Source of the DNA: Anolis carolinensis
Taxonomy: Eukaryota
Direction of reading: 5' to 3'
Length of the DNA stretch: 64,000 nt
NCBI RefSeq assembly: GCF_035594765.1
Contig: NC_085841.1
Location: 230,857,326 to 230,921,325 of the forward strand
Shown: one piece after another, positions 13,576 to 26,802 of the stretch
Layout of the letters: every line of letters starts with the position of its first letter
Numbering within the stretch: the stretch's first letter is position 1
Made by a program: the position numbers and the translations under genes
The notes under the pieces: generated by a model
What the model was told of the DNA's origin: nothing
The model's database searches: none
The model's input: only the letters and a program-made list of their open reading frames with translations

Positions 13576-15022
13576 TTGGTTTATATTTTCATGTGTAGTA
13601 ACTCTGATTTAGTGGATTATGAATATCAAATCCTATATGGATAGGATTAAGCTATTGATGAATGTCTTAAAGTCTGGGATTAAAAGGGAATGATCTCAAT
13701 CTTCTTGTGAGTTGGAGAGGGTGCTTTTGAAACACTGCTATAGATAAGATTGCAGAATTGCATAAGATTAAAATTTCAAGTGTATGAGTTTCGGAATTGA
13801 TAAAGTCAACTGAATTTTATGCAGGTCGGTGTGGGGGAATGTGGTGCGTATGGGAAGGCAGTATTTGGATAAGAGGTGTATCTTCCTCTCCTTTTGAGGG
13901 AGTCATTTTGGTTTGGTGCAGTAAAATTAAGAATAATATTTTGTTTCAGTCATAGAGTCATGAATAATGAATAATGGTATTAAAATTATGTTAATGCTTT
14001 GTTTTGCTTTGGGTCTTTTTGTGAATTAACTTATATATCACTTCCAATGACCTTGTGATTAAAGGTAAAAAGAAGAGTCCTGATAAAGATTTTTCCTCAC
14101 TGGAACATCTAATTGTTAAACACAAAGCTAGTTCCTTCAAACTTTTTGTAGAGAGTTCTATAGGAAGTCTGGAGTTCATCAATTCCTCTGAAACAATCTA
14201 GGGCTTTGGCAATAGCTCATTTTGATGTGGATTTCTTTTTCACCTTAGATGGGTCCCACTCCCTTCCCTCGAACTCTCTCAAGCAGCACAGTTCCCCTAG
14301 GTCTGAGTATTTATCCAAACTGAATGATTAAGCAACATCAAGAAATTGAAATGCACTGAAAACAAAGAGAAAAGAATTATAACCTAAAGCTTATGCAGGC
14401 ATGATACATAAGGGCCTCATCCCTTGGAGGATTGTTAGCAGAAAGACAGTGAGGAAAATTATTTTAATGTGACCTCAGGAAATGCTGTACTGTATTTGCT
14501 TCTTATTTTGTAGAAACCACAAAATATAGGCAGTATTATGAATGTATTCCAAATTACATGTATTTAATCTGACTGTCTGCAAGAAGTGCAGTCAGTGTTG
14601 GGAAAGTTACTGTACAAAAGAAAATGTTTACACCAGTGGTTCTCCAACATTTTACCCCTGTGACCCACTTTACACTTAATTGCAGGTGTCCTCTCCACTT
14701 ATTATGTGACTAAAACATTTTGTTTGTTTACTGCTTTCTATTTGCACAATTATTTATATGCATGCTTTAACATTTTTAATGAAATAACATCATTCACATT
14801 TTATTTAACTAAATTCAATAACTAACTCAATACAAAATACTATTGCAACTTTGCATAAGTCCAGACTGTTCGTCTCATTCATTTTTATACATATGCCACA
14901 GCCCAACAGGAAACAAATGGGCAAGTCTGCCACATATTTACTCAGAGCAAAACCCCAGAGTACCCAATGAAAATTATGCTACTGAAAACAGCACACTATG
15001 GGCCTCACCAGAAAGGCTAGGC

Positions 15023-15805
15023 CGATTCATGGTCCCTCAGATTGTTGAGGGGCCGAATTATTATTTGGAAAAAAAAACCGAACAAATTCCTATACTCACT
15101 GCACATGTCTTATTTGTAGTGCCAAAAAAACAACAACCCAGCAACATTTATTTATTTATTTGCTACATTTATACCCCACCATCTCTCAGCCCTAAGGGGA
15201 CTCAGAGCGGCTTACAAGTTGTATGTACATACAATATATTATATTATTAGTATAGCACAACATTAGCATTATATATTACTATATTGTACTATACCATTAT
15301 ACCGTAATATTATTAGTAATATTATATTTAATATATAATATATAAATAATATTATTATATTATACAGTATTATTATATTGTATTATTATTATTAGCCACC
15401 CTGAGTCCCCTATTGGGTGAGAAGGGTGGGGTAGAAATACTGTTATAAATAAGTAAATATTATATTGTATTACATTATAATATTATTATCAATATTATAT
15501 GTATACACAATATATTATATTACAGTATTACCATATCATTCATTTACAATATTAGTAAATGAAAGAACAATACAATATTTAAAAATAAAAATAATTTTAA
15601 CCAACATAGTGTAAACTTATCAGGATTTCAGTGGGAAGTGTGGGCCTGCTTCTGGCCAATGAGATAATCAAGTAGGATTGTTATTGTTGTGCCTTCAAGT
15701 CATTTCAGACTTTGGCAAGCCTAAGTCTAAAACTGAGGGCGGGGGCCAGGTCAATGGCCTTGGAGGGCCGCATCCGGCCCCCGGGCCTTAGTTTGGGGAC
15801 CCCTG
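15023..15805 (+). mobile_element. Non-autonomous hAT lacking its left TIR, with nested L2 tails and an AT-rich tract
   Basis: Right end gccttagtttggggacccctg; ggctaggc on both flanks (15015-15022, 15806-15813); homologous to 16184-16510. Confidence 0.75.
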
Positions 15806-16183
15806 GGCTAGGCAGAATGTCCCGTTTCACCTGCTTCTCTGGGAAAAGGAGGTGCAGTGGGGCAAATCAATCACTCTGCATGCAGCTCCATCACGTGTCA
15901 CTTTCCCGGCGAGCCCTGGCTGGCTCCATTAGAGCCATGTTCTGAGGGAAGCATCCAACAATGCTTCCACTTCAGTTGGGGTTGGGTGCAGGACCTCCGC
16001 CAGAAGTCACACAACGTGATGGGATGTCCGGCATGGGGCTCTATCTCCAAGACAGGATGAAAGCATCCTAGGACTCTAAATTCCCTCCTCCTCCTTGAGC
16101 AAAGTCTGCCTATTACTGCCATGCAGTATTGATGGGAAGCAGAAGTGAGGAACTTGCTGCCTGCTAGATGTTGTTGTCCCAAT

Positions 16184-16445
16184 GTAGGGATGTCCGATCT
16201 TTTTCAGCAAAGGGCAAGTTCAAGGTCCCTTAGTCTGTTGGGGGGGGGGGGGGCAGACTATAGTTTGAAAGAAACGTGCATGCATTCCTATGCACACTAC
16301 ATATATCTTATTTGTAGTGCAAAACATGAAAGAACAATATACCTAATACATAAAACAAAGAATAATTTTAACCAACCTAAATGTCTTTCAATGAGAAGTG
16401 TGGGCCTGCTTTTGACTGATGAGAGAGTCAACTTAATTAAGTTGT

Positions 16446-16485
<40 letters not shown>

Positions 16486-16510
16486 GTGCCTTCAAGCCAT
16501 TCCAGACAGT
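16184..16510 (+). mobile_element. 5' half of the same hAT family, with (TTG)n at 16443-16483
   Basis: Shares ttcctatgcacact..cttatttgtagtgc and gaagtgtgggcctgctt with the 15023 copy. Confidence 0.7.
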
Positions 16511-16605
16511 GGGATATGCTGCCTCAGAGTCTGGTGGAGTCTCCTTCTCTGGAGGTTTTTCAGCAGAGGCGGCATGGCCATCTGTCAGGGGAGCTTTGAT
16601 TGCGG
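16505..16605 (+). mobile_element. Short CR1 3' fragment
   Basis: ggtggagtctccttctctggaggtttt..ggccatctgtcagg. Confidence 0.65.
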
Positions 16606-17686
16606 CAGGGGGAGCTTATAATTGCTGCATGACTCTCACTTTTTCTTCCCAGAGTAGGAGTTGCAGCATAGGGCAGCCTTTTTGGAAACCATGGGGTGGT
16701 GATGTGGGACAAAGCCAGGACGGAGAAGGGGGAGGGAAGCCAGGCATGTCCTAATCCCATCCATCAATTCCAAACAACATGGTCAAATGGGGGGCCTCTT
16801 ATTTCCCAGTACTGCTTTAAAATAGCAACAATTGTCCTTCAGATTTAGTATTACTCTACCCAATATGAAACTGTTATGTTGATTACTCTTAAATTTTCAG
16901 AATTGTTTGCACTTCTATTGTATCACTCCTTAACTAGTTTTTTTCTCTCTCATCTGAAATTTGTTGTATTACAGTATAACAAATTAGTCTAACATATTGG
17001 ATTGGTCTGGTTTTCTAATAAACTACTATACCTGCTAGATTTAATTACCTTGTAAAAATGTTAAAGCTGTTGCTGCTCAAGAAAGATACTGAAATCTGAG
17101 AATGTGAAGTAAAAATAAAGTATTTTGTAGAAAAAAATGTTGATGTATTGCTAGAAGTTCTAAAAAGCTTTTGTTCTAATGATCTGAAATACTTAATCCA
17201 CTTCTAGCCTCATGCATTTTAATTAATTCAACAGTTTTTTTTTATATGCTTATATTATGTTTTGCAACAGATGTTTCTCCTTGTGTTACCACAGTGTTTT
17301 CCAGGGAATTCTCTTGATTCAGAAGCTTTCACTTTTTTCTACTATATATAGGCACTCATTAAAACCCTTCATTGTATTTGTAAAGATACAAACCTATTTC
17401 TATGACAACAGATAATTACTAATCCTATTTTTTTTTCCTTATGGTTTGTCCTCAAGGTTTTAGACACTAATCGGGTTTTTCCCCCCATGATATAGCATTT
17501 CAAACTGTACTACCATGCTAGCAAACAACTGCATACTGTCATTGCAGTTGAACATAGTGATGTATATATATGACATAATAATATGAACCCGTAACTCCTT
17601 CAATCACATTTGAGCGGCAAGTGGTTTGGAACTTCATCAATATCCTTTCAAAAACAACATGAATAATATGCAATCTGCTTGTTTAA

Positions 17687-17890
<204 letters not shown>

Positions 17891-18323
17891 TAAAATAACA
17901 TTTAATCTATTTTGGAAATAACATAAGACCTCTGTGAGGAATTGATATTAGACCGATTGATATACACATATTAGAGGAAACTATACAATTTTATTCAGAA
18001 ATAAACAGGCATTTCTCAGGTTTTGGAAGCCTTTTCTGTTAATTTATTCATAGGTGTTTAGCCATGTTAAAGATTTCTTCATCTGGCAACTTCCATGTTA
18101 TACCTTCTGCATTTGCAATAGTGCTTTGAAGCCAGAAGTAGTATTTTTACAATCTTAACCTGATTCAGAAATACAGAGCTTTCATTTGCTATAGATATAG
18201 CATTGGTATTCACTTTTTTAAAGTTTCCAATAATGCCCATAGAACACTGCCGAGAGAGTAGCTAATTATGTCAGTGGACATCATACTTTGAAACTGCAAA
18301 AGACTGAGTTTTATCTCGCCATA

Positions 18324-18657
18324 GGATGTCTTCACATGCAGCAAATTTCCGCAGCAACTCCAAATCTACAGCAGCTTTGCTACGGAGCCCACTGCCTCCC
18401 ATCACACACTGGAGTACTTCTGGGGCGGCTCTGGGGCAAAATTGCTATAGAATTGGAGTTGGCGCTGAAAAAAGTGATGGCAGCAACACGGGAGTTGCAT
18501 TGCCTTCAATGGGGCAAGCCAGCCAGCGAATGCTTTCCCCCATATGATATGGTAGGAGGGAGGCTGGGATGGTGTGGAGTGAGGGACAATGAGTTCCCAT
18601 GTTCCTGGACGTGTACCACCAGAATCACCACAATTTGTGGCATGTCTGAAGAGGTCC
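18324..18657. mobile_element. Harbinger-like MITE
   Basis: Imperfect TIRs ggatgtcttcacatgc / gcatgtctgaagaggtcc; ata on both sides; internal palindrome. Confidence 0.5.
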
Positions 18658-19027
18658 ATAGATAAACTATTTTTTGCATCAGCATAAGCTGACTTTGCCA
18701 TATCAGTTGCAATTTCTAAAAAGGTAACGTTTGTTGCTCAGTCAAATTAGAACAATGTGTATATTGTAAAGGGAACCAACATACACTGAGAAATTCAACC
18801 AAAGTGAATATCATTCAAATGATGAGAGTGCACCCCAAGCAGAGGGCAAAACAGTGTATACTCCCATTGAACTTTGGAGAGGAAGCAACTTTGCTAGTTC
18901 TTTTAGACTTTGGTATCCCATTTGTCCCTTGAAAGAGGGGACTTGTGTGGGCAGTAGAATTGAGAGATATTGAGATATTTTAAAAAAAAAACCCAAATCT
19001 TTCTAAATCATATTAATCCCTCTATTG

Positions 19028-19155
19028 CAGTGATTCCCAGCCTTCCAGGTGTTTTGGACTACAACTCCCAGATATCTCAGCCAGTTTACCAGCTGCCAGG
19101 GATTGTAGGAGCTGAAGTCCAAAACATCTGGAGGATCAAAGATTGGGAACCATTG
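19028..19155. mobile_element. Palindromic hAT MITE
   Basis: Perfect 8-bp TSD ctctattg (19020-19027, 19156-19163). Confidence 0.85.
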
Positions 19156-19244
19156 CTCTATTGGATCAGATGTTGTTCGTGGATGAAAGGAGAGTGTCTG
19201 TTCATTGATAGCATTGATAGCATATAGAACTAATACAGTTCTAC

Positions 19245-19570
19245 ATACTTAACATATATGCCCATGTATAAGTCAGTCTCATCTATAAGTCAAAGATGGG
19301 TTTTGGAACCAAAATTATGGTTTTTGATTTTGAGGGGAGAAAGCAACACTGCTTTTTTGGGGGGATTCAGCCACTCCTGGCTGCTGTTATCACTATTTCC
19401 CCTCCCAGGCATTTTGAAAGGCTAGAAATGCTGTTTTCCACTCTTCTTAGAGAAGGGGATGGTTCCCTTTTTTTGCTAAATGTTAAGGTACAGTATTCAC
19501 ACTGACCTGTGCATAGGTCGAACCAGGTTTCTTTGGTTTGCTGTTTTGACTAAAAGTTCTAAACTAAATG
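19245..19570. mobile_element. Tc1/mariner-type MITE
   Basis: tataagtc repeats and ccaaaattatgg; inverse of 21360-21450. Confidence 0.5.
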
Positions 19571-21450
19571 TAGGATAGTTTGGAAAGTCGTTTTATAAGT
19601 TGGCTTCCTAACTTCTTGGGTAACTGGTGACAGAGAAGTCTAAGACAGGCTATAAGGACTTAATCAGTCTGAAAATCACAAAATAAATTTCCATGTGCAT
19701 CTCACAAAAAGCCGATGGATAAAGATAAGCTCATAAGAGTGAAATCCATTTCTAAAGCCCCAACTAAAGAAGAGCTCATTAAAAACAAAGCTGGCTTGGG
19801 ATCAGATTCTTAAAGAATAAACTACTGTGACCAATGAGGGCAGTACAAGTGAAATCCTCAGTTTGCAAAGGCATTACTTTGTTTCTCTTGTGCAGAACCA
19901 CAATCTGGTCATTATTCATGCAAATGTAACTTCACAACGACAAACATACATGGAGAGCCAGTTGGGCTTTATAGCCATTATTTCTCTTCAAAGAACAATA
20001 CAGACAATTTTATGGCAACAGAAGGACAGCACAGGACTCGTATACACCTAGAGAGTAAATATACCCTGAGGAAATCAAGTAAACACGCATTACAGTGTAA
20101 AAATGACTGATTTTCCCCACAAGGTGATATTATTATAGTTTAGAAAGCCAACAAATGGTAGATGTATCTAAGCTATAATGCTTATGCTAATTAGAATCAG
20201 GGGTTAGAACAGATGTTTTTAACTTAATGTATTTCTTTGAACATTAGGGAGGTTGAAGGATTTATTTGCTGGAGTTAGTGAGGAAATGTCAGTTTTTGTC
20301 AGTCATTGCTTCATGACAAAATATCAGGCAGTCTGCACACCAGAGTGCCTCTTTGATGCAAGATGTTGCCAATGTGCACTCTAGAATACTACTTGGTGTA
20401 AATCTTTCCAAGGTTGCAATCCAGAACTCATGTCATAAAACATCCCATGGTTTTAAAAGGTTCCTTATTTTTTTATCATGGATCCAAAAAAACAAACAAA
20501 AAAAACCCATGACTCAAAACTCACTATTCTCTGTGTCAAAAAATAGCAACTCATTAAGTTAAAAATAAAACATGAAGGTGTTGTCCCTCATTATTCAAAA
20601 TTCTAATGAACTAAAATGACACATTATTTCTTACGTGTTATTCCAGTCTCTGTTTAAACTCTTGCTTGCTCTGCTTTGGCTGGAATAAAAGTGAGTTTGC
20701 AGCACAAGAGACAATAGTGAGTAATGAATGTAGACTCAAAGAACAGTTCATTTCAGGATCAATATATCACAATGTCAGGTGAATATACAAGTTTTAATGG
20801 AGCTATAGTGATGTTCTTATATTTTAAGAAAAGAAAAGACTTTCAGAATGAACTTTCCATGTCATCCATTATTCAGATTTAGCCCATTCATTTTTTTTTA
20901 CTTTAAATAATACCACATATCGCACTTTATTGGCTTATGACTGAATAAACACAAACACGTTTGAAAAACGTACATTTAGAGCGAATCAGACAGGCCCTTG
21001 CCACTGTTCACACTTTCACATTATGATTGAGCAAACATAGGCTAGTCCGCTGGAAGCCAATATTGATTTAAACCAAACTGTAGTAATATGAGCTGGCCAG
21101 TATCTAATTAGTGCTGGTAATTGTGTTTGCAAAATGTTCCCTTGATTAGCTATAATCTGCATAATTGTGGTATATTCTAGAAATGATGGCTTGAAAAGAG
21201 GTTTCGTACAACATACTGTACATACTTATATACTATATAGCCTAAAATTACTGACCCACTCCACTCTCTTCACTATAGTGCTGCTTTTACCTTCTCTGAA
21301 TGTCTAGGTGGGAAATTGGTGGCAGGTTAGGGAAATCATGGCATTCTCTCTATTGAATTACCCTCAACTTATTTATAGATCATATTTTTAAAAATCCACA
21401 ATTTGGTGCCAAAAACTATCCTTCAATTTATGCATGAGGTTGACTTATAG

Positions 21451-21920
21451 GCCCTGCTCTCGGTCCCGCCGCCGTCACAGGTGCATTTGCCTGGAACGAG
21501 GGACAGGGCTTTTTCGGTGGTGGCTCCGCGGCTGTGGAACTCCTTGCCAAGGGAGATTAGGGAAGCCCCCTCAATCATGTCTTTTAGGAAGCAGCTGAAG
21601 ACCTGGATGTGGGACCAAGCTTTTGGCCCATCCTAAGATACGGTTGATATAATCTGATGTATTCACTGGATTAATGTGTTATTGAATACAGACTGGCTCT
21701 GACTTTTGGCCCAATGCTACTGGCCCTGTTGTAATGGCCACACAGTGCTTTACTGTTTTAAATGGGGTATGATATTGGTTTTTAAGTGTGTTTTTACGAT
21801 CGTTTGTTTTACTATATTTTGTATTATATGTGGCATTAATCTTGCCATTATGTAAGACCGCTCTGGGTCCCCGTGGGGGAGAAGAGCGGTATATAAATTA
21901 AATAAATAAATAAATAATAA
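21451..21920 (+). mobile_element. Young L2 3' fragment inside a mariner-type MITE
   Basis: RDRAFSVVAPRLWNSLPREIREAPSIMSFRKQLKTW; terminal ccgctctgggtcc..gagcggtatataaat and (taaa)n tail; CpGs retained. Confidence 0.88.
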
Positions 21921-22432
21921 ATATAAGGTACTTAAAATAAAGTGGAATTTTCCTAGTGAACCACGTTATTTGAGCTATCCTACACCTGAATTATCCACAC
22001 TCTTTGTTGTAGGAATATCCATTTGTTTTAACATTATTTTAGTAGGAAAGAAGGTTAATTACTGCACTATAATTGTCATGCTACAGAGTAATAGCCTTGC
22101 TATGTTTTAATTAATTCCAGATGTGATCTTCAGTGCCACTTACACTCAGCCTGGTTTGCGATGTGACAGGTGGTAGCTGCAGAAGAGAGAATACTATTTT
22201 AAGTAATGGCCTTTTAACAAGTCAAATAAATGTTTGCAAGTGCTATTGATTCATTGTACTGTTGAGAAGAGTACAGACTATATTGATCTGGGTATTTACT
22301 TCAGTTCTAGGCAGCTGACATAAGATTTCACTAAAGGCACTTTCAGATAAGTACTAGCTATTCCTGAAGGCACATTATTTTGCTTGCATGGTACTGACAC
22401 CATGGGCTAGAGTCAAGGGCCATCCTTCCAGT

Positions 22433-23442
22433 AATGTGTTGTCTTCATCTTGGAAAGAAGTGACAAGTGGAGTGCCGCAGGGTTCCGTCCTAGACCCAGT
22501 TCTGTTCAACATCTTTATTAACAACTTAGAAGAAGGGTTAGAAGGTATGATCATCAAGTTTGCAGATGACACCAAACTGGGAGGGATAGCTAACACTCCA
22601 GAAGACAGGAGCAGAATTCAAAACGATCTTGACAGACTAGAGAGATGGGCCGAAACTAACAAAATGAAGTTCAACAGGGACAAATGCAAGATACTTCACC
22701 TCGGCAGTAAAAATGGAATGCAAAGATACAGAATGGGGGACTCCTGGCTCGACAGCACTACATGTGAAAAACATCTTGGTGTCCTCATGGACAACAAGTT
22801 AAACATGAGCCAACAATGTGATGCGGCTGCTAAAAAAGCCAATGGGATTTTGGCTTGCATAAATATAGCATCTAGATCCAGGAAGGCCATGCTACCCCTC
22901 TATTCTGCCTTGGTCAGACCACACCTGGAATATTGTGTCCAATTCTGGGCACTGCAGCTGAAGGGAGATGTTGACAAGCTGGTATATGCCCAGAGGAGGA
23001 CAACTAAAATGATTAAGGGTCTAGAGAACAAGCCCTATGAGGAGCGGCTTAAAGAGCAGGGCATGTTTAGCCTGCAGAAGAGAAGCCTGAGAGGAGACAT
23101 GATAGCCATGTACAAATATGTGAAGGGAAGTCATAGGGAGGAGGGAGCAGGCTTGTTTTCTGCTGCCCTGCAGACTAGGATGCGGAACAATGGCTTCAAA
23201 CTACAGGAAAGGAGGTTCCACTTGAACATCAGGAAGAACCTCCTCACTGTGAGAGCTGTTCGGCAGTGGAACTCTCTGCCCCGGACTGTGGTGGAGGCTC
23301 CTTCTTTGGAGGCTTTTAAGCAGAGGCTGGATGGCCATCTGTCGGGGGTGCTTTGAATGAGATTTCCTGCTTCTTAGCAGAGGGTTGGACTGGATGGCCC
23401 ACAAGATCTCTTCCAACTCTACTATTCTATGATTCTATGATT
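22433..23442 (+). mobile_element. 5'-truncated CR1 LINE
   Basis: [30 protein letters not shown]; (attctatg)n tail. Confidence 0.95.
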
Positions 23443-23906
23443 CCCAGTAGTCCCACTCAAAGTCTCAAAGGCAAAGCCTAAGACAAGGGGCGATTTGCCC
23501 CCCCCCCCCCAACTCCCATTAATAGGGACAGTTTAGGTCAATAGGGAGAGTCTGCCTTGAAGCCTTTCCCCCCATCGTGTGATGATGTGCTTGCCTCTTT
23601 CTTTTGGCGTGACCCACCCACCCACCTCCATGTGTGCGTGAGACTGGTCATATCAGGGTTGGGTAGAATTTTTTCCGTCAAGAATTTTACTTTGGGTTTT
23701 TTCCTGCCTATCCTGTATTGTCTCTGTTGAATTGTAGTAATTAGTATTCAGTGGATCATTTAAATAATTTGTCACTGACATGATAAAAATCCTAAAGTAG
23801 ATTCAGTAAGCACCATGACACCCCCTTTGTGGGTGAAGAGTGAGCTTCTGAAACAGCTTCTCTGGGTTCTGTGGCTCTGAGTTGCTGGGAAGGAGGCTCT
23901 CGTTAT

Positions 23907-24012
23907 ATTTTAAAGCTTGAATTATGTAGTAGAAGAACCAATGGCTTTGTTTTTGTCCTTTTGTAGATGGATATATTGGACAGACTGGGAAAAAGATCAA
24001 ATAGATGATAGT
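23907..24012 (+). pseudogene. Partial duplicate of LRP1B exon 13 (acceptor plus first 46 nt)
   Basis: 23967-24012 matches 25783-25828 at 44/46 nt; the upstream intron motif attttaaagct(t/a)gaattat and the cttttgtag acceptor are also shared. Confidence 0.9.
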
Positions 24013-25782
24013 ATTTTGAGGGTTTCAGGTCAAACTTAGAGCAGAGTTAGGAATAGAGAAACAATTTTCCACCTTTATTTTCTTTGCCCCAAATTGCTTC
24101 AGGATTTCTACCCCATGCTGTTTCAAATACATATTTTTCTTTGCTCACTTATATTTTGCAGATACAATATGACATGTAGGGGTGGGGGTTTGCAATTGAA
24201 AATAATTGGCAAGCAAAGAGTTGAACATCTCTTCTCTCTGCTTTTCACATTTGTTTTCCCTCTTCCCAAGATACTTTGGTATGGTAGCATAGCAACTGTT
24301 ACAGACATTAGCATATGACATGGATGTGCCCTTGTTTGACAGTATCACTTAGGTTTAAATTTGCAAAAATGTGAATACTTCTTTTAAAGCAACGATGGCT
24401 CTTATAACAAATGCAGAAATGTATACTTTAATTGAAGATTTTTGCATTATCAAGCAACCAAGACAGAAGGATGCCTACCGATGCCATACATTAATTCGTT
24501 AAACAAATCTAAGCAGATATTTTAATGTTACACTTGGGAATGTATTGTGTTCACTACATGTCTATCATTTAAAATAGTAATTCATTCATCACTTCAAAAC
24601 AAGAAATAAGCAACACAGAGAATCTGAATTATACAGAGAGTGGCAAAGTTACTTTTTTTTAAAAAAAAAATGTGGTTGCTTGAAACTGTTTTCAGTAGAA
24701 AGCTACATTAAAATTATCCAGTTGCACAATTTCCCTCTTTGTGATAAAGTTGGTCCACCAGCTCTTAGAAACACATTAAAACATATTCTCAAATTATAGT
24801 AACACACTCCAATTGGTTTGTAATGGTTTATTGACAGAGGTCTGACTTTTCATATCAAACAATTAATTTTTAATCACATAATTCAGTTTATTGTCTGTGC
24901 TTAAGTAGCACACAAGTCATATAGCAGAAGTGACTCTTCTCCCTTCATCACACACAATAAAATCAGTGCTTCTATACATTTCAGAATTGGCAACCCACAG
25001 AGCCCACCACATGATACAAGCCTCAACTGTGGGTTCCAGATATTTCACCGTTTCTAGTGTGGGTTTTCCCCATGATTCTTAAGTCGATTGGCTATTGACT
25101 TATTTTTCAATTCCCTGCACACATACGTGTAAAAAAGCCCAATGTAATATGTGATGAGAACCCCCTCTTGCCTGTTTGTAAATAAAAAAATGCTCTCATC
25201 ATGGGGGGAGGAGCCGAGATGGGTAGTATAGAATCCTTTCTATTGTCATAACCTTTAGATCAGAGGAAGTAATGTATATATTTTTTAAACAATGGCTAAT
25301 GCTCCTTCAGGCAGTGTGGCTCCCACTGAAATAAGTGTTTAAAAGGGGTGCCTTAACTCAGCTTCATTGGAAGGGTATTGAGGGCAAATGAGCCCAGAAA
25401 AAGTGGTTCCTTAAGACAGATGCCTTAACTCTGTTGTAGTTGAAGGATTTTGAGGGGAAATGACGGGGAGGAGACTGTGAGAGGAAACATAAGTCTCCTG
25501 TGTGATGGAAAATTAAACAGATACATTTTCAAGAAAGTAGAGAAAAGAATTAAGTGTGATGGGGGTAGGAAAATCTTCCATTGAATTTCAAAACAGGGTG
25601 TGGCAAAGCTTAAGGAGAAACCAACAATTTACTTTGTTTTATTTATCCCACAGGATGAAGTACACAGTTGTTCCTTTTTGTAAGAAGACACGGGACATAA
25701 ACTAGAAATGTCATATTTTATGTAAATAAGCATTTTAAAGCTAGAATTATATAAATGAATGGTTTTATTCATTCTTTTGTAG

Positions 25783-26002
25783 ATGGATGTATTGGACAGA
25801 CTGGGAAGAAGATCAAATAGATGATAGTGTGGGAAGAATTGAAAAGGCATGGATGAATGGCTACAGTCGACAGATTTTTGTGACATCAAAGATGTTGTGG
25901 CCAAATGGATTAACACTGGACTATCAGAACAATATATTATATTGGTGTGATGCCTATTATGATCATATAGAAAAAATATTTTTGAATGGAACTGATAGAA
26001 AG
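25783..26002 (+). CDS. LRP1B: LRP1B exon (~13), YWTD repeats
   Basis: ttgtag| and |gtaatg; 220 nt; (G)[26 protein letters not shown]...[21 protein letters not shown]. Confidence 0.96.
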
Positions 26003-26667
26003 GTAATGATTTTTTCCCCAATTCTGCTCACAGTTTTACCTCTGACTGAATCAAATTTCTACTTTGAATCCCTTTCTCCAAATTTCCTTTTAAAGCAGTC
26101 TTGTTTATTTGATATTCAATATAAGACACACTAAAATACCTTAGTAGCCACTCTGTTGTGGTTCAGAAATTATTTGTTTACATCATAGAGTAACTCAGGA
26201 TGGAAATCTTAGCTTATTTTGTTCTTGCATGCAAGTATACAAAAATCCCATTTTCTAACTGCTGATAAAGATGGTGATGATTGCCATTTTTTTGTCTGCT
26301 TTTTCCCCATTTCCATACTTTTTTGGGGGGATACGTTTTTGAGAGAAAAAGGTAATAGTATGTGCAAAATGTGTTTTGTTCTTGCTGCTGGTGATTGAAA
26401 AGATGTATTTTTGGTGTGGAATAGGGATTAAAAATGTGGTATTTGGTATCTCCCACTCCCAACCCCCCAGAATAATTTGAATGAGAATCTTATTGTTGAA
26501 GACAAGAATATTTCAAAATACTTTTTATATTCCTAGTAATAACACAAAGGCCAATTAATTTGTTGAATCATAAGCTTGAGTTTGTCTAGTACATCTTGGT
26601 TCCAAGAGTGTATAAGGATTATAGCTTGAGCTTTCTAATGGTCCTGAGTGAATTGATTTGTGTATAA

Positions 26668-26802
26668 CAGTGGTTCTCAACCTGTGGGTCCCCAGGTGTT
26701 TTGACCAACAACTCCCAGAAATCCCAGCCAGTTTACCAGCTGTTAGCATTTCTGGGTGCTGAAGGCCAAAACATTGGGGGACCCACAGGCTGAGAACCAC
26801 TG
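26668..26802. mobile_element. Palindromic hAT MITE
   Basis: TIRs cagtggttctcaacctgtgggtcccc / ggggacccacaggctgagaaccactg; flanks gtgtataa / atgtatac. Confidence 0.85.

Noticed and set aside
22388-23356. 322-aa and 312-aa (51242-52180) ORFs as host genes or active RT
   Set aside because: They are 5'-truncated CR1 ORF2 ends lacking the endonuclease and the N-terminal RT domains
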